From: Camelus ferus
Lineage: Eukaryota
Length of the DNA: 64,000 bases
Assembly: GCF_009834535.1 (NCBI RefSeq)
Contig: NC_045696.1
Location: forward strand, 15,254,001 to 15,318,000
Direction of reading: 5' to 3'
This document shows positions 63,144 to 64,000 of the stretch, piece after piece. A model generated the notes under the pieces. It made no database searches and had not been told where the DNA came from. It saw nothing but the letters and a program-made list of their open reading frames with translations. Made by a program: the position numbers and the translations under genes. Each line of letters opens with the position of its first letter. Within the stretch, counting starts at the first letter, position 1.

Positions 63144-64000
63144 CACCAAATCTAACATATCCAAGAACACACTGTCTAATTGTATTTTCATAGTTTTTCT
63201 TCTTAAGAGAAAAACAAAAGTACGTTCCTAGCCTAGAGTAAATTGGTACAAGATTTGGATTCCAGGAGAATGAGATTAAATTCCTCATGTAAGATCTTGG
63301 CTATTTATAACAAACCTGGGTGGATTCGATTAACCATGTCCTGTTCTATTTTGATGACATGAGTAATTTAGGTACCAGTTCTTGGTGGTCAGATCCTGTT
63401 CATTCCAAAGAGGACTGTTGTTGTTTTGAATAAAAGTAGATATTTCCCTCTGGAGAAACTACTTTGTCTATTCAAAATTCAGTTCCCAGCATCATCAAAC
63501 TGTGTTTATCCCACTATTAAAAAATATGCTGAACTTACAAATAAGCATGGTGGATTTGATAGTTACCTGGTTCCACATTCTCCTGGGACCTCACAAATAT
63601 GTCAACAAAGGTTATGGGGTTTTTTCAAAAGAAGTCACCCACAAAAATAAAAGTGATGGGGAGGCTAAAAGGATGAAAACAGCAACAAAACTTGAGAAGT
63701 TGGAAAATTCATGGACAAATGCTAACTGAATTAGCAGACCATAAAAAGCGAACACCCAAGGCAGTGTGTGAAATACCCTAGCAGGCCCAGCTCCAGAAAA
63801 CTGATGAAACTGAAGGCACCAGACAAGTGGAAGAGCTCAGGAGGGTAGCTACCAGCTAGAGTTTTGCTTGAAATGTCTTACCATTTTAGGAATGCAGAAT
63901 TTGTCATTTGTTTTGAGATATGTGATTTATAGAAGCCTGAGCTGTGCTAATCACATGAACAAATAGTCACATGACTGTGCAAGATATATCTACTGCTATT

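Noticed and set aside
1..64000. ORF track entries as host protein-coding genes
   Set aside because: All are 138 aa or shorter, many start at non-ATG codons, and none resembles a host protein I recognise. The recognisable ones are L1 ORF1/ORF2 or ERVL pol fragments.
1..64000. CRISPR array, operon or other prokaryotic system; CpG island
   Set aside because: There is no repeat-spacer pattern or gene-dense segment, the DNA is mammalian repeat-rich sequence, and no GC/CpG-rich island is present.

Overview
This is AT-rich, CpG-depleted mammalian intronic or intergenic DNA with a 100-N assembly gap at 31008-31107. Two tRNA-derived Vic-1-like SINEs and artiodactyl-type L1 3' ends suggest a camelid (alpaca, llama or camel). 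No intact host protein-coding gene could be recognised. The ORF track is chance ORFs, microsatellite translations and decayed L1 or ERVL coding fragments. Much of the window is transposon relics: L1, L2, MIR, ERV1/ERVL/MaLR LTRs and internal regions, and hAT MITEs, several with readable target-site duplications (TSDs). The most notable items are: (i) a 3'-truncated 7SK retrocopy joined head-to-head to an L1 3' end inside one TSD (36948-37300), consistent with twin priming on two different RNAs; (ii) a classic twin-primed 5'-inverted L1 about 200 bp away; (iii) a candidate minus-strand 190-bp exon with uORFs ending in ATG|GT (16197-16386); (iv) a MER41-like solo LTR with a STAT site next to a tandem GAS-like pair; and (v) a multi-layer nested ERV stack. 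I found no convincing new multi-gene system. Repeat family names come from recalled consensus sequences, not a search, so subfamily calls and boundaries without TSDs are approximate.
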